Source: an uncultured Collinsella sp. (GTDB taxonomy: Bacteria > Actinomycetota > Coriobacteriia > Coriobacteriales > Coriobacteriaceae). From it: a stretch of DNA of 64,000 nt. Position 1 is the first letter of the stretch, and the number at the start of each line of letters is the position of its first letter. Both the position numbers and the translations under genes were made by a program. This document shows, in pieces, positions 48,195 through 57,918 of this stretch. The notes below the pieces were generated by a model. The model saw only the letters and a list, made by a program, of their open reading frames with translations. It ran no database searches and had not been told where the DNA came from. Where the stretch lies: contig CABUXY010000002.1 of assembly GCA_902495645.1 (NCBI GenBank), forward strand, positions 149,640 to 213,639, in the 5' to 3' direction.

Positions 48195-48878
48195 TTACGC
48201 CCTTGCTTGCTCAATCTGCCCGATGAGCCAATCGCACCAGGCATCCATGCCCTCGCCCTTGCGCGCGCTCACGGCAAACCGCGGCGCCTGCGGATTGAGG
48301 TCATCGAGTGTCTTAGTATACCTATCCATGTCAAAATCGAAAGCCGGAGCCACGTCGACCTTGTTGAGCAGCTGCGCGCCAGCGTGCTGGAAGATGCCCG
48401 GGTACTTGATGGGCTTGTCGTCGCCCTCGGGCACCGAGAGGATCATGATGGACAGGTTCTCACCCAGGTCAAAGTCGACTGGGCAGACCAGGTTACCCAC
48501 GTTTTCGATAAAGATGACATCGATGTTATCGAGCCCAACGGCCTGGTCGAACGCGTCAACGGCCTCCATGATCATATTGCCCTCAAGGTGGCACAGGCCG
48601 CCCGTGTTGATCTGGATGGCGGGCATGCCGGCTTCCTTCATGGTAATGGCATCGACATCCGAGGCGATGTCGCCCTCGATGACGGCGCAGCGCAAGCCGG
48701 CCTTGTCGCGCAGGTGCTCGTTGGTGCCCAGAATCGTAGTGGTCTTGCCCGAGCCAGGGCTCGACAACACATTGATCACATAGGTGCCTGTCTCATCAAA
48801 TCGCTGTCGCAGCTGATCTGCCAGGCGCTCATTGCGCGACAGAATCGGCGACGCGATATCAATCGTTTTCTCAGCCAT
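48195..48878 (-). CDS. hypB: Hydrogenase nickel-incorporation GTPase
   Basis: SSPGSGKTT, IEGD, GLCHLE, ENVGNLVCP, EGDDKPIKYP. Confidence 0.95.
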   Translation of the reverse strand: MAEKTIDIASPILSRNERLADQLRQRFDETGTYVINVLSSPGSGKTTTILGTNEHLRDKAGLRCAVIEGDIASDVDAITMKEAGMPAIQINTGGLCHLEGNMIMEAVDAFDQAVGLDNIDVIFIENVGNLVCPVDFDLGENLSIMILSVPEGDDKPIKYPGIFQHAGAQLLNKVDVAPAFDFDMDRYTKTLDDLNPQAPRFAVSARKGEGMDAWCDWLIGQIEQARA

Positions 48879-48933
48879 ACTTAGCGCTCCTTAATTTGGC
48901 CCCTTTATACCCCATCACCAGATGGCTAGCGGG

Positions 48934-49290
48934 CTAATCGTCGGGGGTTTCGATTTCGATACTGGCGATGTCGAGCTCGCGGCCGTGCAGCAGGCGCACG
49001 TTGGCGCCGCCACATTGAGGGCAGCGGCAATGGAAACGGTCGTGATCGAAGACCTCACCGCAGTCCTGGCACTCGCTTTGTGGATGGACCTCCTCCACGG
49101 CAAGCTCGCAGCCCTTCGTGAGCGGGTCCTCGTCGCGAAACGTCTCCCAGGCAAAGTCGAGCGCCTCGCGCACGATCTCGGTCATATCCCCGATACGCAG
49201 CGTTACCAAAACGGCGCGCGAGGCCCCCGCCCCACGCGCCGCGCGAATCACTGTATCGAGTATGCCGTTGACAATGCCAACCTCGTGCAT
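48934..49290 (-). CDS. hypA: Hydrogenase maturation nickel metallochaperone
   Basis: MHE start, CQDC...CPQC, GREL. Confidence 0.95.
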   Translation of the reverse strand: MHEVGIVNGILDTVIRAARGAGASRAVLVTLRIGDMTEIVREALDFAWETFRDEDPLTKGCELAVEEVHPQSECQDCGEVFDHDRFHCRCPQCGGANVRLLHGRELDIASIEIETPDD

Positions 49291-49296
49291 ACCGAT

Positions 49297-50091
49297 TTAC
49301 TCCTCGTCGTCCTCTTCGTCGTCCGAAAACAGGTCCAGACGGCTCACAAACAAGCCCTCCTTGCCCTCGCGCGCGGTAATGACCACGCGAGCGATGGCGA
49401 GCGAAATCTCGTAGAGCGAGAGCAGGGCGCCATACATGAGCCCCAGCGTAACGGGCGAGCCGTCGGGCGTAATCACAGCCGAGCCCACAAGCAGGCCAAC
49501 GTATACATAACGCCAGGCACTGCGGAAGGCCGCGTAGGACACGATGTGGAAGACGGACAGATAGAAGATGATGAGCGGCAGCTCAAACGCCACGCCAAAG
49601 CCGATCATAAAGAGCAGCTCCATGTTGACGTAGTTCTCCAGATCGGGCAGTGCCGTAGCGACGGCCGAGGTCTCGCCGATGAGCCACTCAAAGCCCGCAG
49701 GAATGATGATGAAGTAGCAGAAGATGGCACCCAGGAAGAACAGCACCGTCGAGGCGAGCACCGTGGGCACGACCCACTTGCGCTCGTTGGGGCGAAGCGC
49801 CGGCAGGAAAAACGCCAGAATCTGCCAGATGATCATGGGCGTGCACATGACCACGGCCATCTTGATGGCCAGCGAAAAGCGCAGGCCAAAGCCGCCGAGC
49901 GTGGTAGTGATGTAGAACTTACCGTCCGGCACAAAGGAGCGGATGGGATCTTCCAGGATGTCGAGCACCACAGGCGTGGCGAAATACAGCACGATAGCGG
50001 CGGCGAACACCGACACGACCACGATGGTCAGGCGGCGACGGAGTTCTCCCAGGTGATCGAAAAGCGGCATTCGCGCAGGTCCGATAGGCAT
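49297..50091 (-). CDS. tatC: Twin-arginine translocase subunit TatC
   Basis: MPLFDHLGELRRRL, FFLPALRPNE, FGVAFELP, ITPDG. Confidence 0.95.
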   Translation of the reverse strand: MPIGPARMPLFDHLGELRRRLTIVVVSVFAAAIVLYFATPVVLDILEDPIRSFVPDGKFYITTTLGGFGLRFSLAIKMAVVMCTPMIIWQILAFFLPALRPNERKWVVPTVLASTVLFFLGAIFCYFIIIPAGFEWLIGETSAVATALPDLENYVNMELLFMIGFGVAFELPLIIFYLSVFHIVSYAAFRSAWRYVYVGLLVGSAVITPDGSPVTLGLMYGALLSLYEISLAIARVVITAREGKEGLFVSRLDLFSDDEEDDEE

Positions 50092-50729
50092 TACTCATCG
50101 CCTCCCTTCGGGGCGTCGGCGGCAGCAGCGTCGTCCTCGGCCTCGAGCTCGCGAGCGAGCTGGTCGACGACGGCCTTGCGCTTACGGGGACGACGGGCGT
50201 AGAGGTCAGCCGTCGTGGGCTCTGCCGACTCCGGCTCGGGCTCCGGCCCTGCAGCAGGCTCGGGCTCGGCGGCGGCAGCAGCAGGCTCGGGCTCCGGCCC
50301 TGCAGCAGGCTCGGGCTCGGCGGCGGCAGCAGCAAGCTCGGCCTTGGCAGGCTCGGCGCTCTCGGCCTCACCAGCAGCGCCTTCTTCCTCGGTGGCACCC
50401 TCGCTCGCGGCCTTCTCGGCGGCAAGGCGGGCACGGCGCTCGGCAAAGGTCTCCTTCTTTGCGGGTGCAGCCGTCCCGGCGGCATCCTCGTCCGCATCGG
50501 AATCGTCATCGACGACAGCCTTCTTGGGCTTGACCGGAGCCGACGCGGCCTCGCTTACCGGATCGATGATCTCGGACTGAACAACGGCCGTCATCTTTTC
50601 CTGCGTCTCGCGGAACTGACGGATGGCACGGCCGATCGTGCGGCCCATCTGCGGGAGCTTATCCGGGCCAAACAGCAAAAAGCCGAAGACCACGATGATT
50701 GCCAGCTCACCCTCTCCAATACCAAACAC
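50091..50729 (-). CDS. tatB: Twin-arginine translocase TatA/TatB family subunit
   Basis: GTG start after GGAGGT; FGIGEGEL, LFGPDKLP. Confidence 0.85.
   Translation of the reverse strand: MFGIGEGELAIIVVFGFLLFGPDKLPQMGRTIGRAIRQFRETQEKMTAVVQSEIIDPVSEAASAPVKPKKAVVDDDSDADEDAAGTAAPAKKETFAERRARLAAEKAASEGATEEEGAAGEAESAEPAKAELAAAAAEPEPAAGPEPEPAAAAAEPEPAAGPEPEPESAEPTTADLYARRPRKRKAVVDQLARELEAEDDAAAADAPKGGDE
50233..50334. repeat. In-frame 51-bp tandem duplication in tatB
   Basis: Two copies encoding AAAAAEPEPAAGPEPEP. Confidence 0.9.
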
Positions 50730-50882
50730 ACATACCTCCAAGGCTCGATGTGAGTCGAGCCCGCACCGCGCCATTCGGCCGGAACTCGTCTATTCATTCG
50801 GTCAAGTATAGCGCCCGGACGCCAAAACGTCCGAGCGCATCACAAACATATGCCAAACGGCACGCCCTTTTGGGGGCAAAGA

Positions 50883-51197
50883 TTATGCCGCCGTGATCGA
50901 AATCTCCTGGTCGACGCCCAGCAGCTGAACCACGCGCATCACCTGGGGCTGCACATTAGTGCAGCTAAAGCGCTTACCGTGGTCGACCGCGTGGTGCGCG
51001 GCGCCCACGAGCACGCCAATGCCCGTCGAATCGATGTAGCTCACCTGGGCAAAATCGAGCTCAACGGCCTCAGTGGGCTGCTCGAGCGCCAGGTCAATGG
51101 CATTGCGCAGGCTATCGGCGTTAGAGATATCGATCTCGCCGGTTACCTTAATGGTGTAGATCTCCGGTGTGGGGTTGGTGGAAATACCCAAATCCAT
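50883..51197 (-). CDS. STAS-domain anti-sigma factor antagonist
   Basis: GEIDISNA, VSYIDSTGIGVLV. Confidence 0.9.
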   Translation of the reverse strand: MDLGISTNPTPEIYTIKVTGEIDISNADSLRNAIDLALEQPTEAVELDFAQVSYIDSTGIGVLVGAAHHAVDHGKRFSCTNVQPQVMRVVQLLGVDQEISITAA

Positions 51198-51263
51198 GCA
51201 TACGCTCCTTTACGTATCGAAAGTGCGGATAGTACTGGGCGCGGACTTGCGGGGCCCTAGGCG

Positions 51264-52568
51264 TTAGGCGCGCTCGGCACGAGCAAGCTCGGCAGCGACG
51301 AGCTTGACGGCCAGCACCAGTACGTCGAGTGCTGCCTCCAGGTCCTCAACCGTGGGATAGCTCGGCGCGATGCGGATGTTGGTGTCGCGCGGATCCTTGC
51401 CATAAGGCCAGGTGGCACCAGCCGGCGTAAGCTTGACGCCCAGGTCGGCACAAAGCGCTGCGACCTTTTGGGCCGAGCCCTCGGGACCATCAAAGCTCAC
51501 AAAGTAGCCGCCGCGGGGATGCGTCCAAGTGGCGCAACCCGTATCGCCCAGGCCCTCGGTGAGCTTACGCTCAACGGCCTCAAAGCGCGGGCGCAAGAAC
51601 TCGGCATGCTTTTTCATGTGCTCCTTGACCGCCTCGATGGTGGGAAGGAAACGCACGTGACGCAGCTGGTTGAGCTTGTCGGCGCTGATGAGGCCGGCCT
51701 TCAGGCGCTTGGAGAACTCCGCGATAACCGCGGGGCTCGCACCGATAAAGCCGATGCCGGCGCCCGGGAAGGTGATCTTGGACGTCGAGGCAAAAGCCAC
51801 CACGCGATCCTCGGTGCCCGCCGCGCGAGCGAGGTCGAAGATATTGGCGAGCTCGTCGGTCTCGTCGTACAGGTCGTGCACGCAGTAGGCGTTGTCCCAG
51901 AAGATGCGGAAATCGGGCGCGGCCGTGGGCATCTCGACCAGGCGACGCACGGTGTCCTCGCTAAAGGTGATGCCCGTGGGGTTGGAATACTTGGGCACGC
52001 ACCAGATGCCCTTGATGGAGTTGTCGGCGGCAACCAGGCGCTCGACCTCGTCCATGTCGGGGCCGTTGTCGGTCATCGCGACGGGGACATTCTCGATACC
52101 CAGGTCGGCGGTGATGCCAAAGTGACGGTCGTAGCCGGGAACAGGGCACAGGAACTTGACTTTCTTGCCGTCGTGCGCGGCCTCGTAAGCCTCCCAAGGC
52201 TCGCTGCCGCACGAACCGCAGCGCCAAAACATGCCGGCGATATCGTGCTCGATCAGAAGGCTCGACGAACCCAGTACGAGCGTCTGCTCGGCAGGGCAAC
52301 CCAGGAACTCCCCCGCCAGCTTGCGCGCCGAGGGAATGCCCTCAAAGCAACCGTAGTTTGAGCAGTCGACGTTGCCGTCGTGCAGATCGGCATCGGCATT
52401 GAGGATATCGAGCATGGGTCGAGAGATGTCCACCTGGGAGGGCGACGGCTTGCCGCGGGCCATGTCGAGCGCCAGGCCCTTGGCCTTGACCTCGGCGACC
52501 TCGGCTTTGAGCGCCTCGATGGCGGCATCGAGTTTGGTGGTTTCCATCTTCTGGTAGATCGTCTGCAT
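51264..52568 (-). CDS. PLP-dependent aminotransferase class I/II
   Basis: LDMARGKP, PVPGYDRHF, WDNAY, STSKITF, NIRIAPS. Confidence 0.9.
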   Translation of the reverse strand: MQTIYQKMETTKLDAAIEALKAEVAEVKAKGLALDMARGKPSPSQVDISRPMLDILNADADLHDGNVDCSNYGCFEGIPSARKLAGEFLGCPAEQTLVLGSSSLLIEHDIAGMFWRCGSCGSEPWEAYEAAHDGKKVKFLCPVPGYDRHFGITADLGIENVPVAMTDNGPDMDEVERLVAADNSIKGIWCVPKYSNPTGITFSEDTVRRLVEMPTAAPDFRIFWDNAYCVHDLYDETDELANIFDLARAAGTEDRVVAFASTSKITFPGAGIGFIGASPAVIAEFSKRLKAGLISADKLNQLRHVRFLPTIEAVKEHMKKHAEFLRPRFEAVERKLTEGLGDTGCATWTHPRGGYFVSFDGPEGSAQKVAALCADLGVKLTPAGATWPYGKDPRDTNIRIAPSYPTVEDLEAALDVLVLAVKLVAAELARAERA

Positions 52569-52717
52569 GGGTGCGACCTTTCGCGAAGCGGGACGTTGCA
52601 GTTCGTCTAAGTATAGACCGCCACCGCCGCAACGGCATGAAGCCGTGATAGATTAAGTTCATCGCAATGATTTACGAATCGCCGCGCATGCCGGCGTGGG
52701 GCGCCCAAGGAGGCACT

Positions 52718-52972
52718 ATGGAATACGGATCGTTCCAGGCCGAGGAATTCGGCGACCTGCAGCGCCTGGTCGACGGGCTGTTTTACGACCGCCACGCCAT
52801 CGACCGCCTGGATCTAATCGTACAGGCCGAGATCTTGGACCTGACACCCGATCTCATGGAAATCGTCAACCTGCTACCGCCCGGCTATTACGACCGCCAA
52901 TCACTTTGCGACCAGCTCAATTCCGCCTTGGCCGCCCACGGCTGGGGCGCCGTCTACGGCACCGTGGAATAG
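52718..52972 (+). CDS. Small hypothetical protein
   Basis: AAGGAGG SD before ATG 52718; typical codon usage. Confidence 0.75.
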   Translation: MEYGSFQAEEFGDLQRLVDGLFYDRHAIDRLDLIVQAEILDLTPDLMEIVNLLPPGYYDRQSLCDQLNSALAAHGWGAVYGTVE

Positions 52973-52975
52973 AAC

Positions 52976-53066
52976 CAGTCATTGGGGACAGACTTAAATG
53001 AGTAGTCACAACCTGCCGGCACTTGGGTAGTCATTTAAGTCTGTCCCCAATGACTGCCCAATGACT
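52976..53066. repeat. REP-like doublet with perfect 26-bp inverted arms
   Basis: CAGTCATTGGGGACAGACTTAAATGA (52976-53001) and its exact reverse complement (53031-53056). Confidence 0.88.
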
Positions 53067-53104
53067 AAAACGCCGCCTGTGATGGTGTTCACAGGCGGCG
53101 TTTT
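53067..53104. terminator. Bidirectional terminator
   Basis: AAAACGCCGCCTGTGA...TCACAGGCGGCGTTTT. Confidence 0.8.
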
Positions 53105-53121
53105 CAAACTTGTATATGCTT

Positions 53122-54480
53122 TTACTTGTCTTTGGGCGCGGGGTGTTTGCAGACCACGCTCATGTAGATCATACCGAGCACGGCAGCGGTGACCGAACCG
53201 GCAAGGATGGCGGCCTTGGCAGCCAGAACCTCAAACTGGGCCGTCGGGAAGGCAAGGCCGCTGATGAGGATCGACATGGTGAAGCCGATGCCGCCCAGAA
53301 TGCCCACACCGGCAATCATGTGCCAGTTAACGTTATGCGGCAGCTCGCAGACCCTAAACTTAACCAGGGCAAACGTCATGCCAAAGATACCAATCGGCTT
53401 GCCCAGCAGCATGCCAAAGTACACGCCGAGCGTCACCGGGTCGGTGAGCAGCGTGCTCATGTCCACGCCCACTAGGCGAACCTGTGCGTTCACGAACGCA
53501 AAGATCGGCAGAATCACAAAGTTGACCGGCGTGGAGATCAGACGCTCCATGCGGATGAGCGGCGGGGTCACGCGGTGCATGACGCGCTCGACCCTGGTGG
53601 TCGAGACGGTAAAGTCATGCTGGCCCAAGATGTGCGCCTCGTCGTCGTAGCGGTCATCGAGCAGCGGCAGGCACTCGCCCAACCAATCGGTGAGGCTATC
53701 GAGCTTGACGCCGCACTTGGCCGGGATGGTAAAGGCCAAGATGACGCCGGCAAGCGTGGCATGTACGCCGCTCTTGAACATGCAGAACCACAACAGCAGA
53801 CCCAGTACCGAATACGGGGCAAGGCGGTAATGCTGCGTCTTGTTGAGCCACACGAGCGCGCAGGTCACAAGCGCAGCGGCGCCCAACCAAAACGGATTGG
53901 GGCTCTGACCGTAGAAGATGGCGATGGCGGCGATGGAGATAAGGTCGTCGGCGATGGCGAGCGTCGAGAAGAACACGCGCACGCCGTTGGGCACGCGGTT
54001 GCCCAAAAGCGACAGCACGCCCAGCGCAAAGGCAATATCGGTTGCCATGGGGATGGCCCAACCGTTGCGGGCGCCGGCATGGTTAAAGATCAGGTAGATG
54101 CAGGCGGGAACGACGACGCCGCCCACGGCCGCCAGCATGGGAAGCATGGCCTGACGCGGATTCTTGAGCTCGCCGACCGTCATCTCGTACTTAAGCTCAA
54201 TGCCCACCAACAAAAAGAAAATCGCCATGAGGAAGTCGTTGACGAAAAGCTCAACGGTAAGACCGGCCGTAAGGTTGCCCAGACCCACATACAGCGGGGT
54301 TTCCAAAAAGTGATGGATGGCCTCGTAGGCATCGGTATTGGCGCAAATGACGGCGGCGATGGCGGCGATGACCATAACCGCGGCGGAAATCGTGCCGTTC
54401 TCGGCGATGCGCTCCCAAATGTCGTGGCGTTCAAAGCGCTTGCGCTCACGGACGTTGAACAGCTGCTCGGTTGCTGCCAT
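53122..54480 (-). CDS. nhaA: Na+/H+ antiporter NhaA
   Basis: NDFLMAIFF, GWAIPMATDIAF, LAIADD, SGVHATLAG, GIGFTMS. Confidence 0.95.
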   Translation of the reverse strand: MAATEQLFNVRERKRFERHDIWERIAENGTISAAVMVIAAIAAVICANTDAYEAIHHFLETPLYVGLGNLTAGLTVELFVNDFLMAIFFLLVGIELKYEMTVGELKNPRQAMLPMLAAVGGVVVPACIYLIFNHAGARNGWAIPMATDIAFALGVLSLLGNRVPNGVRVFFSTLAIADDLISIAAIAIFYGQSPNPFWLGAAALVTCALVWLNKTQHYRLAPYSVLGLLLWFCMFKSGVHATLAGVILAFTIPAKCGVKLDSLTDWLGECLPLLDDRYDDEAHILGQHDFTVSTTRVERVMHRVTPPLIRMERLISTPVNFVILPIFAFVNAQVRLVGVDMSTLLTDPVTLGVYFGMLLGKPIGIFGMTFALVKFRVCELPHNVNWHMIAGVGILGGIGFTMSILISGLAFPTAQFEVLAAKAAILAGSVTAAVLGMIYMSVVCKHPAPKDK

Positions 54481-54748
54481 GGGCGGCTCCTTTCACGGGA
54501 AAGCTCCCGTCTTAAAAAAGCACGGCCCGCCCAAGTGGCGGCGCCGCGCTCTAACGTATTACGCTTGCATCTAGCCTACCCTGCACGGCAAGCACGCAGG
54601 CGTGGCCGAAAAGCGGAACCACAGGTTGAACATTATTTGCTCAACGGCACGGGCACGCCTGTCCAAGAGACGACGCGGCGACGTGCACAAAAAACGACCG
54701 GAGCGCGGGACGTCCGCGATCCGGTCGTCGGTGTTTGGTCAACTAAAC

Positions 54749-55672
54749 CTAGCAGGCGGCCATGATGGGGGCAGCGACCTGCTTCTTACGGGAGAGGACA
54801 CCCGGCATCCAGACGCCGTCGTGCTCGTCGGCAATGCCCAGGCCCTTCTGAGCGGCCTCGGTCTCGCCCTCGAGCAGAACCTGCGAGCCCTCCTCCATGA
54901 TGTCGGTGATGCACAGGACAATGCCGTCGGCACCCTTCTCGGCGGCGTAGGCGCGCATGGCCTCACGGATCTCGTCGATCATGCCGAGCGCGCGGCTCTT
55001 GTCGACGGTCTCGTACTGGCCGATGAGCAGCTTCTTACCGGCGGGCTCGAACATCTTGATGTCGTTGCCGACCATCTCGGCAGCGGTGAAGGAGCCGGAC
55101 GGACGGGTGAGGAAGACCTCCATGCCAAACTTGACCGGGTCGACGCCCACCTGCTCGCCGAGCTTGGCGGCGACGACGCGGTCGACAGCGGTGGTGGTGG
55201 GGCTCTTGAGCATGAGCGTGTCGGTCATCATGGCCGAGAGCAGCAGCTTGGCCTGGACGTCGGAAAGCTCAACGCCGAGCACGCCGGCGAGCTTGGTGAC
55301 GATGGTGCAGCTGGAGCCCCAGGGCAGGCAGATGTAGTGCAGCGGGCCGGCAGTCTCGAAGTCGCCGATGCGGTGATGATCGACGACGCCAAAGACCGTA
55401 GCGTCCTTAAGGCCGGCGACGGACTGGGCGGACTCGTTGTGGTCGGTGAGGACGACGAGCTGACCGGCCTCGACGGACTCGATCACGCGGGGCTCGGCAA
55501 TGCCGGCGTCGGCGAGCAGCTTGGCAGACTCTGCCGGAAGCTGACCAAGGGCGCAGGCCTCGTAGGTGTTGCCGGCATACTCAACCTGGTTAAGCAGCTG
55601 GGACAGGACGACGGCGCTCATGATGGCGTCGTTATCGGGGTTCTGGTGACCAAAGACAAGAACGTTTGCCAT
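54749..55672 (-). CDS. ppaC: Mn-dependent inorganic pyrophosphatase
   Basis: FGHQNPDND, TDHNE, VDHH, GVLSRKKQV. Confidence 0.95.
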   Translation of the reverse strand: MANVLVFGHQNPDNDAIMSAVVLSQLLNQVEYAGNTYEACALGQLPAESAKLLADAGIAEPRVIESVEAGQLVVLTDHNESAQSVAGLKDATVFGVVDHHRIGDFETAGPLHYICLPWGSSCTIVTKLAGVLGVELSDVQAKLLLSAMMTDTLMLKSPTTTAVDRVVAAKLGEQVGVDPVKFGMEVFLTRPSGSFTAAEMVGNDIKMFEPAGKKLLIGQYETVDKSRALGMIDEIREAMRAYAAEKGADGIVLCITDIMEEGSQVLLEGETEAAQKGLGIADEHDGVWMPGVLSRKKQVAAPIMAAC

Positions 55673-55838
55673 GGATATCCTCCACTTGATATGTGTACTT
55701 AGACGTAGCTATGGTAGCACGCCGATGCCGAGCCTTCGCAGACGGAAGGGCCACGGCATATTTTGTGGCAGGTATGGGGGCCAAGGCCGTCCCTTTTGCA
55801 CCATGTTGGTGCAAAGTAACCTGCCCCCCTTGCACCAG

Positions 55839-56792
55839 CTATTTGCCGGCAGCGCGCAAGGCTACGTAGGCGGCACCGATGATGCCGGCGTCGTTTCCGA
55901 GCGAAGCGACCTTAATGGGCGTCTCGCGCGAGGCGGAAAGCGCGTAGCGCTGGAAGTGCTCGCGGACCTTGTCGAGGTAGACATCGGCCGAGGCGGAGGC
56001 GCCGCCGCCGATGAGGAACATCTCGGGGTCGACCACGTTGGCGATAAGCGCCAGGGCGCGACCGAGATAGTCGGCCATGGTATCGGCCGCGGCCAGCGCG
56101 AGCTTGTCGCCCTCGCGGCAGGCCTGGAACACGTCCTTGGAATCGGAGGGGCCGGTGAGCTCAATGGGCTCGACGCCCGCCTTCTTGCACTCGGCAAGGT
56201 AGTTGCTCACCACGCCGGTGGCGCTGGAATACTGCTCCAGATGGCCATGGCCGCCACAGCCGCAGGTGCGCTCCTCAGCCGGGTTCAGGCACATGTGGCC
56301 AATCTCGCCGCCGGCGCCCACAACGCCCGATACCACGTCGCCGTTAACGATAACGCCGCCGCCCACGCCGGTACCGATGGTGACCATCACCACGTTCTGC
56401 ACGCCCTTGGCAGAACCGAGCCAGGCCTCGCCCATGGCAGCGGCGTTGGCATCGTTCTCATACTTAACGACCGCGTCGGGGCAGTGCTCCTGAATGGCGA
56501 CCCTCAGCTCGGGCAGGTTAATGGCAATGTTGGCCTTGACCTTGGCATCGCCCGATGCCGGGATGGGGCACGGAACGGCCAAGCCAATGCCCGCCACAAA
56601 GGCACGCGGAATCTGTGCCTTGGCGACCACCTGGTCGATAGCCTCGGTCACCGCGGCAAAGCCCGCGGCGTCAACGATAGGAGGCGTGGGCACGCTGGCT
56701 TTGGCAAGCAGGTTGCCGTCCTCGTCGAACAGGCCCTCCTTAACCGAAGTGCCGCCGACGTCGATGCCGATGTAGTACTGCTTAGGTTCCAT
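55839..56792 (-). CDS. glk: ROK-family glucokinase
   Basis: GIDVGGT, ENDANAAAMGE, GEIGH, CGCGGHGHLE. Confidence 0.88.
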   Translation of the reverse strand: MEPKQYYIGIDVGGTSVKEGLFDEDGNLLAKASVPTPPIVDAAGFAAVTEAIDQVVAKAQIPRAFVAGIGLAVPCPIPASGDAKVKANIAINLPELRVAIQEHCPDAVVKYENDANAAAMGEAWLGSAKGVQNVVMVTIGTGVGGGVIVNGDVVSGVVGAGGEIGHMCLNPAEERTCGCGGHGHLEQYSSATGVVSNYLAECKKAGVEPIELTGPSDSKDVFQACREGDKLALAAADTMADYLGRALALIANVVDPEMFLIGGGASASADVYLDKVREHFQRYALSASRETPIKVASLGNDAGIIGAAYVALRAAGK

Positions 56793-57131
56793 GGGAGCCC
56801 ACCTTTCTCGTTTAAACATTGCCTGTATGGTACCGCTCCCAAGGCAAAAACCTACCAAAAAGGGACAGGTTTGTTTTGACAGGTTTTATCTGGGGAAACG
56901 CAGGGCATGGGATTCGGTTTGCTGGGTGGTAAAACGACTCGCCCCGGTCCGCGGACCAATCAATTTGTTCAACGCGACATTATTCGCATGTATATCCGTT
57001 TAGAGCGCTCTAGTTTTATATGCGGAGCGGCTTTTAGCATAATCCTTCTCGAACTTTTCAAAACGCAATAGGGATACCTAGGCGTTGACTATACTTTCTT
57101 TTATATTCAATCAAGCCGGAAAGGGGGTTCC

Positions 57132-57851
57132 ATGATTCCCAAATACGAAACGATCGCTGCGGATATCCGTCGAAGCATCGAGGATGGCACTCTTAAACCG
57201 GGCGACAAGCTTCCCACCGTCGTTGAGTTCTGCGAGCTCTATAGCGTTTCCAAAATCACCGTCAAACGAGCTATTGAACAAATCACCGAGGAAGGTCTTA
57301 TTACCAGCCGACGCGGATCGGATACCTACGTTAAGGACACGGCGGGACTTCCCGGTCAGGCGTTTTTCCAGGGCAAAAACGACCGTGCCCAAGGTTTTTC
57401 GTATGAGCACCGCGGGGAGAAGGTGACCTCGGTGGTCTACGATTTCTCGATTGTTAATCCACCAGCGGACATCGCAGCCCAGCTGGGAATTGCCGAGGAT
57501 GACTTTGCCTATCACATCGTGCGCGTGCGTCAGGCCGATGAGAAGCCCATCGTTATCGAGTACACCTACATGCCGCTCGAGCTGATTCCGGGCCTTAAAA
57601 AGAAGGACCTGTACGGATCGGTCTACCGCTTTGTCCGCGAGCAATGCGGGCTGAAAATTTCGAGCTTCCACCGTACCATTCGCGCCGTGGCAGCAACCGA
57701 GGAAGAAGCCGAGCGCCTAGACACCAAGCCTGGCTCTCCCCTGCTCGAGCTCACCCAGATTGGCTTTTTGGACAGCGGCGCCGCCTTTGAGTATTCGGTC
57801 TCGCGCAACGTTGGCGACCGCTTTGAGTTGCACAACGTAACGTTGGCATAG
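57132..57851 (+). CDS. GntR (HutC/UTRA) regulator
   Basis: Winged HTH YSVSKITVKRA, UTRA domain; upstream of manA. Confidence 0.88.
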   Translation: MIPKYETIAADIRRSIEDGTLKPGDKLPTVVEFCELYSVSKITVKRAIEQITEEGLITSRRGSDTYVKDTAGLPGQAFFQGKNDRAQGFSYEHRGEKVTSVVYDFSIVNPPADIAAQLGIAEDDFAYHIVRVRQADEKPIVIEYTYMPLELIPGLKKKDLYGSVYRFVREQCGLKISSFHRTIRAVAATEEEAERLDTKPGSPLLELTQIGFLDSGAAFEYSVSRNVGDRFELHNVTLA

Positions 57852-57918
57852 GTTTTTGTAGTCATGCGGGCGCTCATTTTGAGCAGTTTTACGCGGCGCC
57901 CGCGCAACACAATGGGGT

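Noticed and set aside
8416..55824. Recurrent ACCTGC/GCAGGT hexamer in intergenic regions (8416, 14635, 29708, 36784, 38329, 53011, 55768)
   Set aside because: A 6-mer in GC-rich DNA; enrichment cannot be shown without counting against a background.
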